NCBI GenBank assembly: GCA_900768545.1 | Contig: CAAGDD010000004.1 | Coordinates: 83,493-147,492 of the forward strand | Source: Clostridia bacterium | GTDB taxonomy: Bacteria > Bacillota > Clostridia > Christensenellales > UBA1242 | Length of the DNA stretch: 64,000 bases | Direction of reading: 5' to 3' | Shown here: piece by piece, positions 46,165 to 55,550 of the stretch | How the letters are laid out: each line of letters opens with the position of its first letter | Numbering within the stretch: the stretch's first letter is position 1 | Translations under genes and position numbers: made by a program | Notes under the pieces: generated by a model | Database searches by the model: none | Seen by the model: the letters and a program-made list of their open reading frames with translations, nothing else | What the model was told of the DNA's origin: nothing

Positions 46165-48120
46165 ATGGACAAGATGCAAAGAATGAAAGATTTGGTCAAA
46201 GAATTGTTGATTCACAATCGAAATTATTATGACCTTGACAATCCAACAATTTCTGACAAAGAATATGACGCGCTTTATGACGAACTCGTCGATTTGGAAG
46301 CGGAACTTGGCGTCGTTTTGCCAGATTCTCCAACTCAACGCGTGGGCGGCGAAGCAATCGCAAAATTTGAGAAAAAACGCCACGAAATAAGACTTTATTC
46401 AATGGGAAAAGTGCGCTCGTTTGAAGACTTGAAAGCGTTTTTTGATGATATGCACAAATATGAAAAAGACCCTACTTTTTCGGTTGAATACAAATTTGAT
46501 GGGCTCAAAATTGTGCTCGAATATCAAGACGGAAAGCTTGTTTGCGCGACGACGCGTGGAAATGGCGAAATTGGCGAAGTTGTGACCGAACAAGTTAAGA
46601 CGATTCGAAGCGTTCCTCTTGAAATTGACTTTAAAGGAAAACTCTTGTTGCAAGGCGAAGGAATGATGACAAAATCAAGCTTTGCTCGCTACAACAAAAC
46701 CGCTCAAGAGCCACTTAAAAACCCACGAAATGGGGTTGCGGGCGGCATAAGAAATCTCGACCCAAAAGAAACTGCAAAACGAAAACTTGATTATTTTTGT
46801 TATGATGTGCTTTTTGCTCAAGACAAAAAGTTTTCGACTCAAAAAGAGATGAACGATTTTATCAAAGCGTGCGGTTTCAAAACGGGCGACTTTTTCAAGA
46901 TTGTAAAAAGCGAAGAAGAAGCTGAAGAGATTATCAAACAGGTCGATGTTGTCAAAGATGACCTTGACATTATGATCGACGGAATTGTCGTTAAACTCAA
47001 TGAAATTGCTCCGCGCGAAGAGATTGGATACACAAACAAATTTCCAAAATGGGCGAGAGCGTTTAAGTTTGAAGCGGAAGAAATCTCGACAATGCTCAAC
47101 GATGTCGTTTGGCAGGTGGGAAGAACTGGGAAGGTTACTCCAATCGCTGTTTTAGAGCCTGTTTGGCTTGCTGGTGCGACAATTTCGCGTGCGACATTAA
47201 ACAACTTTGACGACATCTTGAAAAAGAAAGTTTTGAAAAACAGCAGAGTGTTTATTAGACGCAGCAATGAAGTTATTCCAGAAGTTTTGGGACTTGCTGA
47301 AAAATATCCAAATTCGACCGAAATTGAAGAGCCAAAATATTGTCCAAGTTGTGGCAGTTTGCTCGTCAAAAAAGGTCCACTTTTGTTCTGCAAAAATCAC
47401 GATAATTGCAAAGAACAAATCATCAGCCGCTTGACTCATTTTGTCAGCCGAGACGCTTTCAATATTGAAGGCTTGTCACAAAAGTCTATTTTGCAGTTTT
47501 ATCAAGATTTGAATTTAAGACATTTCTATGAACTTTTCCATTTGACAAAAGACCAACTTGTTTCACTTGAAAAGTTTAAAGATAAAAAAGCACAAAACAT
47601 TTTGGACAGTTTGGAAAAAAGCAAACATATCGAATTATCGAGATTTTTGTTCTCACTCGGCATCGGTGAAGTCGGCACAAAGACCGCAAAAGATTTGTCG
47701 AGATATTTTAAGAGTCTTGAAAACTTGAAAAATGCCGAATATGATGAAATCATAAAAGTCGACGACATCGGCGAAATTATTGCGCAAAATATTGTTGATT
47801 ATTTTGATGACGAAGACAATCTCAAAGAAATTGACGCACTTTTGTCTGTTGGGGTTGTGCCACAAGACAACGCAAGTGCTGTTTCAAACAAACTTGAAGG
47901 ATTGACTTTTGTTTTGACAGGAACGCTGCCAAATTATTCGCGCCCAGAGATGACCAAAATCATTGAAGAACACGGCGGAAAAACATCAAGTTCGGTTTCA
48001 AAAAACACCAATTTTGTTTTGGCTGGTGAAGAAGCAGGTAGCAAACTCGACAAAGCCAAAGCGCTTGGCGTTGAGATAATCACCGAAGAAGAATTTTTCA
48101 AACTTTTAAATCAAAACTAA
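46165..48120 (+). CDS. ligA: NAD-dependent DNA ligase
   Basis: Adenylation motif EYKFDGLKI, Zn finger CPSCGS...C..C, HhH repeats and a C-terminal BRCT domain. Confidence 0.95.
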   Translation: MDKMQRMKDLVKELLIHNRNYYDLDNPTISDKEYDALYDELVDLEAELGVVLPDSPTQRVGGEAIAKFEKKRHEIRLYSMGKVRSFEDLKAFFDDMHKYEKDPTFSVEYKFDGLKIVLEYQDGKLVCATTRGNGEIGEVVTEQVKTIRSVPLEIDFKGKLLLQGEGMMTKSSFARYNKTAQEPLKNPRNGVAGGIRNLDPKETAKRKLDYFCYDVLFAQDKKFSTQKEMNDFIKACGFKTGDFFKIVKSEEEAEEIIKQVDVVKDDLDIMIDGIVVKLNEIAPREEIGYTNKFPKWARAFKFEAEEISTMLNDVVWQVGRTGKVTPIAVLEPVWLAGATISRATLNNFDDILKKKVLKNSRVFIRRSNEVIPEVLGLAEKYPNSTEIEEPKYCPSCGSLLVKKGPLLFCKNHDNCKEQIISRLTHFVSRDAFNIEGLSQKSILQFYQDLNLRHFYELFHLTKDQLVSLEKFKDKKAQNILDSLEKSKHIELSRFLFSLGIGEVGTKTAKDLSRYFKSLENLKNAEYDEIIKVDDIGEIIAQNIVDYFDDEDNLKEIDALLSVGVVPQDNASAVSNKLEGLTFVLTGTLPNYSRPEMTKIIEEHGGKTSSSVSKNTNFVLAGEEAGSKLDKAKALGVEIITEEEFFKLLNQN

Positions 48121-48177
48121 AATTATTGATTTTGTCGAAAAATTGTGATATAATAACATTATTAAAAGGAGAAAAGC

Positions 48178-48555
48178 ATGCCAGTTTGCCCAAAATGTCA
48201 CAAACAGATGAAAAAGAAGTCTAGCTTGAGTTTGAGTTATGCTTTGCAAAAGGCAATAGATGATGCTATTCACTATATTTATGGTGGCAAAGGTGCACCA
48301 GACCAATGGGCGTGCGTTTCAATGTTGCCAAACCCAGAATATCGTAGGTGGGAAGAGAAGAAAAAACAATATGACAAAAAACTTATTAAAATAGGAAAGC
48401 TTCCAAGTCCACCAATGGAGTTTATCCCTTGTGATGAACACTGGCAGTTGAAAGGGAGTCCAAAAGCTTCGGTTCCTACAAAAAAGACACGAAAAAACTT
48501 TTTTATTGAAGATGAAACCACTGGCATGATATCAAAAGTAAAACACATATTTTAA
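48178..48555 (+). CDS. Hypothetical protein (125 aa) with an N-terminal CPKC half-site
   Basis: SD AAAGGAG. No family recognised. Confidence 0.5.
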   Translation: MPVCPKCHKQMKKKSSLSLSYALQKAIDDAIHYIYGGKGAPDQWACVSMLPNPEYRRWEEKKKQYDKKLIKIGKLPSPPMEFIPCDEHWQLKGSPKASVPTKKTRKNFFIEDETTGMISKVKHIF

Positions 48556-48560
48556 ACTTA

Positions 48561-48585
48561 AAGGCTTTGTAAAAAGCCTTTTTTG
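48561..48585 (+). terminator. Intrinsic terminator
   Basis: AAGGCTTT-gtaa-AAAGCCTT followed by a T-run. Confidence 0.7.
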
Positions 48586-48653
48586 TTACCCCAAAGGCGA
48601 CTGTTGACTTTTAAAAGCGAAATGGTATCATGAAATTAGTTTAAGGGGATAAT

Positions 48654-48788
48654 ATGGACGAATTTTTGATTTTGGATAAATATTCTGTTTGGAGAAAATT
48701 GCCAGAAGCGCTTGGAAACGACGAAACTATGAGCCTTTTGGAAGAATACAAAAAATATGGTGATCCAAAAGTTAAAGAAAAATTATAA
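48654..48788 (+). CDS. 44-aa ORF; possibly a remnant of a sigma-70-family N-terminus (speculative)
   Basis: Strong SD AAGGGGA. The sequence MDEFLILDKYSVWRKLPEALGNDETMSLLEEYKKYGDPKVKEKL resembles the start of sigma region 2 and then stops. Confidence 0.3.
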   Translation: MDEFLILDKYSVWRKLPEALGNDETMSLLEEYKKYGDPKVKEKL

Positions 48789-48795
48789 AAAATGC

Positions 48796-48824
48796 TTGAC
48801 AATATAGACTAGTTATTATATAAT
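48796..48824 (+). promoter_or_regulatory. Consensus sigma-A promoter TTGACA-17 nt-TATAAT of the str operon
   Basis: -35 at 48796-48801 and -10 at 48819-48824, both perfect hexamers. Confidence 0.65.
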
Positions 48825-49058
48825 AAGCACAGTGTTTCGTTGTCGGAAACAGTGCTTAAAACCTAAGCATAAACAAACAACAGGTGGCGGACCTTGTGAG
48901 CCGTTCACCGATTTGAAGATTTTTCAAAGTCGCATTGCGATTGTGTTGTTCGTGTTTGATTAAAAAGCATTTTTCATTGGCACGGAATATCCGTGTCATT
49001 TTTTATGACAAATCGATTCGAGATTTAAAACCGAAAATCTAATTAAAAGGAGTACGAA

Positions 49059-49439
49059 ATGCCTACATTTAACCAACTTGTTAGAAAAGGAAGAAAAACT
49101 TTTGATAAAAAGAAAAAATCTCCACTTTTGGAAGAAAATCCTCAAAAGCGTGGTGTTTGCTTGAACGTAAGAACAGCTACACCTAAAAAGCCTAACTCAG
49201 CTCTTCGTAAGATTGCCAGAGTAAAACTTTCAAATGGTCAAGAAGGAACTTGCTACATTCCAGGAATTGGACACAACTTGCAAGAACACAGTGTTGTTCT
49301 CGTTCGTGGCGGACGTGTTAAGGACCTTCCTGGTGTGCGTTACCATATCGTAAGAGGAACACTTGATACTGCTGGCGTTGCCAACAGAAAACAAAGCCGT
49401 TCTAAATATGGTGCTAAAAAGCCTAAGGCTGGAAAATAA
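49059..49439 (+). CDS. rpsL: 30S ribosomal protein S12
   Basis: [12 protein letters not shown]...[10 protein letters not shown]...[14 protein letters not shown] is a typical S12 sequence. Confidence 0.97.
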   Translation: MPTFNQLVRKGRKTFDKKKKSPLLEENPQKRGVCLNVRTATPKKPNSALRKIARVKLSNGQEGTCYIPGIGHNLQEHSVVLVRGGRVKDLPGVRYHIVRGTLDTAGVANRKQSRSKYGAKKPKAGK

Positions 49440-49446
49440 AGTCTAA

Positions 49447-49549
49447 AACTTTTCTATGCTAGAAAAGTTACAAAAGACTTGGGGAGTTTCGATTCTCCCC
49501 AAACCCCTACAAACGACTTACTTTAAAAAAGTAAGCAAAAGTTCAAAAA
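49447..49549 (+). repeat. 103-nt triple-hairpin module, copy 1 (after rpsL)
   Basis: 101/103 identical to 50295-50397. Hairpins AACTTTTCT/AGAAAAGTT, TTGGGGAG/CTCCCCAA and CTTACTT/AAGTAAG. Confidence 0.85.
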
Positions 49550-49810
49550 CAAACTGAATTTTGAAAAATTAACTTTTTGAAAAACTGAACAGAAACAAAA
49601 ATTGTTTTAAAACAAATTTATATTTTTGAAAAGTTTTGCTTATTATTAGATTTTAAGTGGTCGAAATGGGTTAATCGAAGTGTGAATGTTCTTACATTTA
49701 CAAAAATTTAACAAATTATTTTAAACGGCTTTGTCAGAAGTTGTTTCAAAGTTTTTATGTTAATCAAAATTTGATTCACTCACATTTGTGAGTTTAAAAG
49801 GAGTAAAACC

Positions 49811-50284
49811 ATGCCAAGAAGAAATAGTGCGGTTAAGAAAGATGTTTTGCCAGATCCAATTTACAACAACAAAGTTGTTACAAAACTTATCAATCAAATT
49901 ATGATGAGCGGTAAAAAAGGTCTTGCTCAAAGAATCGTTTATGGTTCTTTCGATATTATTAAAGAAAAAGCAGGTTTAGAAGGTTTGGATGTTTGCTTGA
50001 CTGCTATCGAAAACGTTAAACCTATGCTTGAAACAAAAGGACGCAGAGTAGGTGGTGCTACTTACCAAGTTCCTATGGAAATCCGCCCAGAAAGAAGACA
50101 AACTCTTGCTATTCGTTGGATTGTTAACAACGCTAGAAAGAGAACTGGTGAAAGAAGTATGAGTGAAAAACTTGCAGGCGAACTTTTGGACGCTTACAAC
50201 AACACTGGCGCTTCTATCAAAAAGCGTGATGAAATGCACAGAATGGCTGAAGCTAACAAGGCTTTCGCACATTATAAGTGGTAA
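49811..50284 (+). CDS. rpsG: 30S ribosomal protein S7
   Basis: [28 protein letters not shown]... is a typical S7 sequence. Confidence 0.97.
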   Translation: MPRRNSAVKKDVLPDPIYNNKVVTKLINQIMMSGKKGLAQRIVYGSFDIIKEKAGLEGLDVCLTAIENVKPMLETKGRRVGGATYQVPMEIRPERRQTLAIRWIVNNARKRTGERSMSEKLAGELLDAYNNTGASIKKRDEMHRMAEANKAFAHYKW

Positions 50285-50294
50285 AATTGTTATT

Positions 50295-50397
50295 AACTTT
50301 TCTATGCTAGAAAAGTTACAAAAGACTTGGGGAGTTTCGATTCTCCCCAAACCCCTGCAAACGACTTACTTTTAAAAAGTAAGCAAAAGTTCAAAAA
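50295..50397 (+). repeat. 103-nt triple-hairpin module, copy 2 (after rpsG)
   Basis: See copy 1. Weaker similarity continues about 40 nt further downstream in both copies. Confidence 0.85.
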
Positions 50398-50855
50398 TTA
50401 AACTTGATTTAAAATTAAAACCTTTTCAAAAGATATTTGAAAGAGTTTTAATAAGTTTAATTTTTAGGCGGGTGGTTGAGAAATAAAAACAATGTTATCA
50501 AAGTTTTGATTATTTATTGTGTTTAAATTTGAATGAGATTGTTTAAAAAAGAGAGTGTTTAAATGATTTTGCTTGATTTAGATACGAAAAATTATTAAAA
50601 ATTTTGATAAATTTGCAATAAAACCCAACAAAAATTGAAATTTTTAAGTTTTTATTAAAAAATCTAATATTTTTGTTTTTGAGAGTGACAAAGATATGTG
50701 ATTTTAAGAAAAAAACTTAAAAAGGTTCAATAAAAGTGACACAGGGCAATTATCGAAGCGAAAACATAATGTTTTTACATTAAAAATCAATTTTTGGTCA
50801 TTTTTGTTGATTAAAAACTTAAAAAATTGACAAATTTAATTAAGGAGAAAATTAT

Positions 50856-52931
50856 ATGGCTACAAATCTTGAAATGACAAGAAACGTCGGAATTATGGCC
50901 CATATTGATGCTGGTAAAACAACAACTACTGAAAGAATTTTGTTCTATACCGGAAAAAATCACAAGATCGGCGAAGTTCACGATGGTGCAGCTACGATGG
51001 ACTGGATGGCTCAAGAACAAGAAAGAGGTATTACAATTACTTCTGCTTGTACAACTTGTTTCTGGAAAGGTCACAAGATCAACATCATCGACACTCCTGG
51101 ACACGTTGACTTCACAGTTGAAGTTGAACGTTCTTTGAAGGTTCTTGATGGTGCGGTTTTGGTTCTTTCTGCTCGTGATAAGGTTCAACCACAAACAGAA
51201 ACTGTTTGGCGTCAATCTACAAAATATAAAGTTCCTACAATCATCTATGTAAACAAGATGGATAGAGATGCTGCTGACTTTTATGGTTGCGTAGATTCAA
51301 TTAGAGACAGATTGAAAACAAATCCACTTCCAATTCAAATGCCAATCGGCGAAGCTGATACTTTCTCAGGAATTATCGACCTTTTGACAATGAAAGCCGA
51401 AGTTTATGAAGACGATATGGGAACAAAAATCGATATCGTTGAAATTCCTGAAGAATACAAAGCCAAAGCACAACAATTGCACGACCAATTGGTTGAAACA
51501 ATCGTTGAAACTGATGATGCTTTGCTTGAAAGATATTTTGAAGGCGACGAAATTTCATTGGACGAACTTAAAAAAGCTCTTAGAAAAGCTACAATTGACA
51601 GAATTATCGTTCCTGTTCTTTGCGGTTCTTCTTACAAAAACAAAGGGGTTCAAATGCTTTTGGACGCTATGGTAGAATATTTGCCATCTCCACTCGACAT
51701 CGACCACATTGAAGGAACAAATCCTGACACTGGCGAAATCGAAAAGAGAGCTCCAAGTGAAGACGCTCCATTTGCTGGACTTGCATTTAAAATTATGACA
51801 GACCCATTCGTTGGTCGTCTTGCGTTCTTCAGAGTTTATTCTGGAAAATTGACAGCTGGCTCTTATGTTTACAACTCAAACAAGGGTGAAAAAGAAAGAG
51901 TTGGTCGTCTTATTAGAATGCACGCAAATCAAAGAGAAGAAATCAAAGAAGTTGGCGCTGGTGACATCGCTGCGATCGTTGGTCTTAAAGACACAATTAC
52001 AGGCGAAACACTTTGCGACGAAAAAAATCCTATCGTTTTGGAAAGTATGGAATTCCCAGAACCAGTTATTAAGGTTGCTATCGAACCTAAAACAAAGTTG
52101 ATGCAAGAAAAGATGATCCTTGCTCTTGTAAAACTTGCTGAAGAAGACCCAACTTTCAAAACATACACTGATCAAGAAACTGGACAAACAATTATTGCCG
52201 GAATGGGTGAACTTCACCTTGAAATTATTGTTGACAGACTTTTGAGAGAATTTAAAGTTGAAGCAAATGTCGGAAAGCCACAAGTTGCTTACAAAGAAAC
52301 AATTAGAAAAGCAACAAGAGCCGAAGGCAAATTTGTTAGACAATCAGGTGGTAAAGGTCAATACGGTCACTGTATTATTGATATGGAACCACTCGAACCA
52401 GGCGCTGGATATCAATTTGAAGATAAGACAGTTGGTGGATCAATTCCAAAAGAATATATTCAACCTATCAACAATGGTATTATTGAAGCTAGCAAAAACG
52501 GTGTTATCGCTGGATATGAAACTGTTGACTTCAAAGTTACTGTTATCGATGGTTCTTACCATGAAGTCGACTCTTCAGAAATGGCATTTAAGATCGCTGG
52601 TTCTATGGCGTTCAAAGATGGTGCTTTGAAAGCTAACCCAGTTCTTCTCGAACCTATTATGAAGGTTCAAGTTGAAGTTCCTGATGACTATCTTGGAACA
52701 GTAATGGGCAACCTTACTTCAAGAAGAGGTATCTTGACAGGAAATGAAACAAAACCAGGCGTTCAAGTTGTAAACGCAGAAGTTCCACTTGGAGAAATGT
52801 TTGGTTATGCTACAGACCTTCGTTCTCAAACACAAGGTCGTGGAACATTCACTATGGAATTCTTGAAATATGCTGAAGTTCCAAAGAATATCGCTGAAAA
52901 CATCGTTGGTCAGCGTAAAAAACAAGCGTAA
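50856..52931 (+). CDS. fusA: Elongation factor G
   Basis: [20 protein letters not shown] and the full five-domain length are present. Confidence 0.98.
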   Translation: MATNLEMTRNVGIMAHIDAGKTTTTERILFYTGKNHKIGEVHDGAATMDWMAQEQERGITITSACTTCFWKGHKINIIDTPGHVDFTVEVERSLKVLDGAVLVLSARDKVQPQTETVWRQSTKYKVPTIIYVNKMDRDAADFYGCVDSIRDRLKTNPLPIQMPIGEADTFSGIIDLLTMKAEVYEDDMGTKIDIVEIPEEYKAKAQQLHDQLVETIVETDDALLERYFEGDEISLDELKKALRKATIDRIIVPVLCGSSYKNKGVQMLLDAMVEYLPSPLDIDHIEGTNPDTGEIEKRAPSEDAPFAGLAFKIMTDPFVGRLAFFRVYSGKLTAGSYVYNSNKGEKERVGRLIRMHANQREEIKEVGAGDIAAIVGLKDTITGETLCDEKNPIVLESMEFPEPVIKVAIEPKTKLMQEKMILALVKLAEEDPTFKTYTDQETGQTIIAGMGELHLEIIVDRLLREFKVEANVGKPQVAYKETIRKATRAEGKFVRQSGGKGQYGHCIIDMEPLEPGAGYQFEDKTVGGSIPKEYIQPINNGIIEASKNGVIAGYETVDFKVTVIDGSYHEVDSSEMAFKIAGSMAFKDGALKANPVLLEPIMKVQVEVPDDYLGTVMGNLTSRRGILTGNETKPGVQVVNAEVPLGEMFGYATDLRSQTQGRGTFTMEFLKYAEVPKNIAENIVGQRKKQA

Positions 52932-53027
52932 ATTTTAAAAAATTTAATAAAACATTAAAAAATGTTTTGACTTTTTAGATTTTTATGCTAAAATATCACA
53001 GTAGATTATAAAAAGGAGATTTTAAAA

Positions 53028-54230
53028 ATGGCTACAGGAATTTATGACGTAACAAAACCACACGTTAACGTTGGAACAATCGGCCACGTTGACCATGGTA
53101 AAACTACACTTACTGCTGCTATCACTATGTATAGTGCAGCAAAGGGCTTTGCTCAAAAAATGAGATATGATGAAATCGACAAAGCTCCAGAAGAAAAAGC
53201 AAGAGGAATCACAATCAACACTTCTCACGTTGAATATCAAACAGAAAAGAGACACTACGCTCACGTTGACTGCCCAGGACACGCTGACTATGTTAAAAAC
53301 ATGATCACTGGTGCTGCTCAAATGGACGGCGCTATCCTTGTTGTTGCTGCAACAGATGGTCCAATGCCTCAAACAAGAGAACACATTTTGCTTGCTAGAC
53401 AAGTTGGTGTTCCATACATCGTTGTTTTCATGAACAAGACAGACCTTGTTGATGATCCAGAACTTCTTGACCTCGTTGAAATGGAAATCAGAGAACTTTT
53501 GACAGAATATGGTTTCCCAGGAGATACAACTCCAATTATCAGAGGATCAGCTGCTAAAGCTTTGGAAGCTGCTCAAGCAGGAAACATTACAGATCCAGCT
53601 TGCGCATGCATTCAAGAATTGCTTGACGCTTTGGATTCTTATATCCCAGAACCTCAAAGAGATACAGATAAACCTTTCCTTATGCCTGTTGAAGACGTAT
53701 TCACAATCACTGGTCGTGGTACAGTTGCTACAGGAAGAATCGAAAGAGGAACTGTAAAAGTAAACGATGTTGTTGAAATCGTTGGTATGGGCGCTAAAAA
53801 ACAAACAGTTGTTACTGGCGTTGAAATGTTTAGAAAAACAGTTAACGAAGGTATCGCTGGATACAACGTTGGTATCTTGCTTCGTGGTATTCAAAGAAAT
53901 GAAATCGAAAGAGGACAAGTTCTTTGCAAACCAGGAACAATTCACCCACACACAAAATTCGCTGCTGAAGTTTACGTTTTGAAACAAGAAGAAGGCGGAC
54001 GTCATACTCCATTCTTCAATGGTTATAGACCACAATTCTATTTCAGAACAACTGACGTTACAGGAACAATCGAACTTCCTGCAGGCGTAGAAATGGTTAT
54101 GCCTGGCGATAACGTTAAGATGACAATTACTCTTAACAAAGAAATCGCTATCGAACAAGGACTTCGTTTCGCTATCCGTGAAGGTGGCAGAACAGTTGGT
54201 TCTGGTGTTGTTTCTCAAATTATTGAATAA
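53028..54230 (+). CDS. tuf: Elongation factor Tu
   Basis: [21 protein letters not shown] and NKTD are present. Confidence 0.98.
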   Translation: MATGIYDVTKPHVNVGTIGHVDHGKTTLTAAITMYSAAKGFAQKMRYDEIDKAPEEKARGITINTSHVEYQTEKRHYAHVDCPGHADYVKNMITGAAQMDGAILVVAATDGPMPQTREHILLARQVGVPYIVVFMNKTDLVDDPELLDLVEMEIRELLTEYGFPGDTTPIIRGSAAKALEAAQAGNITDPACACIQELLDALDSYIPEPQRDTDKPFLMPVEDVFTITGRGTVATGRIERGTVKVNDVVEIVGMGAKKQTVVTGVEMFRKTVNEGIAGYNVGILLRGIQRNEIERGQVLCKPGTIHPHTKFAAEVYVLKQEEGGRHTPFFNGYRPQFYFRTTDVTGTIELPAGVEMVMPGDNVKMTITLNKEIAIEQGLRFAIREGGRTVGSGVVSQIIE

Positions 54231-54241
54231 TTTTAGAGATT

Positions 54242-54274
54242 AAAAAAAAGACCAAGTTTTTGGTCTTTTTTTTT
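54242..54274. terminator. Bidirectional intrinsic terminator after tuf
   Basis: A8-GACCAA-gttt-TTGGTC-T9. Confidence 0.8.
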
Positions 54275-54354
54275 GTTTCTTTACAGAAACTGCTTGCTAA
54301 ACGCAAGCAATCTCTAAAATTTTTAGGCATCGTCGCGAATGCCCTTGCAAGCAA
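54275..54354. repeat. 80-nt conserved unit, copy 1 (downstream of tuf)
   Basis: 77/80 identical to 54447-54526. Internal hairpins TGCTTGC-taaac-GCAAGCA and GGCAT-8 nt-ATGCC. Confidence 0.8.
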
Positions 54355-54446
54355 GCATGTCGCTCCTCGTAATAATTTTGAATAGGCGGTTTTTGTGAAA
54401 TAAACCAAACTCAATAATAAACAAAGACTGGCGTGCCAGTTTTTTT

Positions 54447-54526
54447 GTTTCTTTACAGAAACTGCTTGCTAAACGCGAGCAATCTCTAAAATTTTTAGGC
54501 ATCGTCGCGAATGCCCATGCGAGCAA
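54447..54526. repeat. 80-nt conserved unit, copy 2
   Basis: It is preceded by its own hairpin plus T-run (54427-54446). One substitution keeps the first hairpin paired as G-U. Confidence 0.8.
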
Positions 54527-54593
54527 AGTTTTAAAATTTGTTTTTATTTTAAAAGAAGCGTGTGTTATAATTAAATCAAAGGGAGAAAAGAAT

Positions 54594-54695
54594 ATGCAAG
54601 AAAATTGTAACGAAAAAGATTTTAAAAGATATTGCAAAAAGTTTTTGACAGAGGAATGTGAAAAAAAAGACCTTAAAAATTACTGCACTTACTGA
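54594..54695 (+). CDS. 33-aa Cys-rich mini-ORF (MQENCNEKDFKRYCKKFLTEECEKKDLKNYCTY); may be the true N-terminus of the next ORF via the A8 tract
   Basis: Strong SD AAAGGGAGAAAAG. Four Cys spaced C-x8-C-x7-C-x8-C. The A8 run at 54661-54668 lies at the junction with the +1-frame ORF. Confidence 0.3.
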   Translation: MQENCNEKDFKRYCKKFLTEECEKKDLKNYCTY

Positions 54696-55413
54696 TTTTG
54701 ATATTATTGGTGCTGTAAAATCAAGGGGAGATGAATATTATTCTTCGACAATAAAATGTTTGGCTTATATTGATGAAAATGGTGAAGTTGTCGAAAATAA
54801 AATTTGCTTTTCATATTATTTGAACAACAAAGAGCCTTTGAAATATATAAATATTAAAGATTTGACGGTATATAGATTTAAGTGCAAAAAAGTTAAAGAC
54901 AAAAAATATTATTATGTTTTGAAAGTAAAGGAAGTCAAAGACAAGCGATTTGATGAGATTGTTAAAGAGCAGTCGAAGCCAATAACAATGACTGTTGATG
55001 ATGTTTTGTTTACATTCAATCGAACATTTAGTGAATATGAAGGAAAATTTGTTGTGGGCGGCAAAAAGATTGATGTTTCGCTTGGAAGCGACGCCAAAGG
55101 TCTTGATGCGAAAAAATCATCGGCCACTTTCAAAAAAATCAAAGCAGATTTTGATGCTTTTTATGAAAAAGTTTTGAAAAATTGTGCAAAAGATATTGTT
55201 GAAGGCGCAAATGAATGGAGAGCTGACGATGACGAACACGAAATCACTGAAGAAGAAATTGTCAAAAGAATAAGCAAAAGCAGCCCTGCATTTGATATCT
55301 ATGACAACGATTATTCGATTTATTTTAACGACGACGATATGTTTGGTGGACACACTATTGTTTATAACGGAAACATTCGAAGTGAAAAATTTAGCGTTGA
55401 TATCGCTGGATAA
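54658..55413 (+). CDS. Hypothetical protein (251 aa); family not recognised
   Basis: Long clean ORF. The only start is a GTG at 54658 with poor SD spacing. See the A8 tract finding. Confidence 0.55.
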   Translation: MKKKTLKITALTDFDIIGAVKSRGDEYYSSTIKCLAYIDENGEVVENKICFSYYLNNKEPLKYINIKDLTVYRFKCKKVKDKKYYYVLKVKEVKDKRFDEIVKEQSKPITMTVDDVLFTFNRTFSEYEGKFVVGGKKIDVSLGSDAKGLDAKKSSATFKKIKADFDAFYEKVLKNCAKDIVEGANEWRADDDEHEITEEEIVKRISKSSPAFDIYDNDYSIYFNDDDMFGGHTIVYNGNIRSEKFSVDIAG

Positions 55414-55505
55414 TTTAAAAAGTCCTTATTTTGAGGGCTTTTTTTATAAAAAATACATATTTTGAAGTGTTTTTTGCAGCAAATTTGCAAATAAAGCTGT
55501 TTTGT

Positions 55506-55534
55506 TTGTAAATTTCGCTTGTTTGTGTTAAAAT
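55506..55534 (+). promoter_or_regulatory. Sigma-A-type promoter TTGTAA-17 nt-TAAAAT upstream of sepF
   Basis: -35 at 55506-55511 and -10 at 55529-55534. Confidence 0.4.
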
Positions 55535-55550
55535 ACTTGCGAGGAAAGTT

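Noticed and set aside
53547-54218. Long antisense or alternative-frame ORFs inside well-supported genes. Examples are 53547-54218 in tuf, 16135-16734 in the DAK2 gene, 9600-10187 in murA, 4234-4881, 33270-33989 opposite GT8, 32133-32726, 17477-18133, 46839-47393 and 51876-52343.
   Set aside because: Each overlaps a gene with unmistakable family motifs on the other strand or frame. They have low-complexity or odd composition and no SD. These are typical shadow ORFs.
54220-54637. Minus-strand ORFs downstream of tuf that share the peptide AFATMPKNFRDC.RLASSFCKETKK, considered as a duplicated small-protein gene.
   Set aside because: The shared peptide is just the translation of the 80-nt DNA repeat. 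The first ORF overlaps the end of tuf, and neither has an SD. The hairpin content favours an RNA or DNA element.
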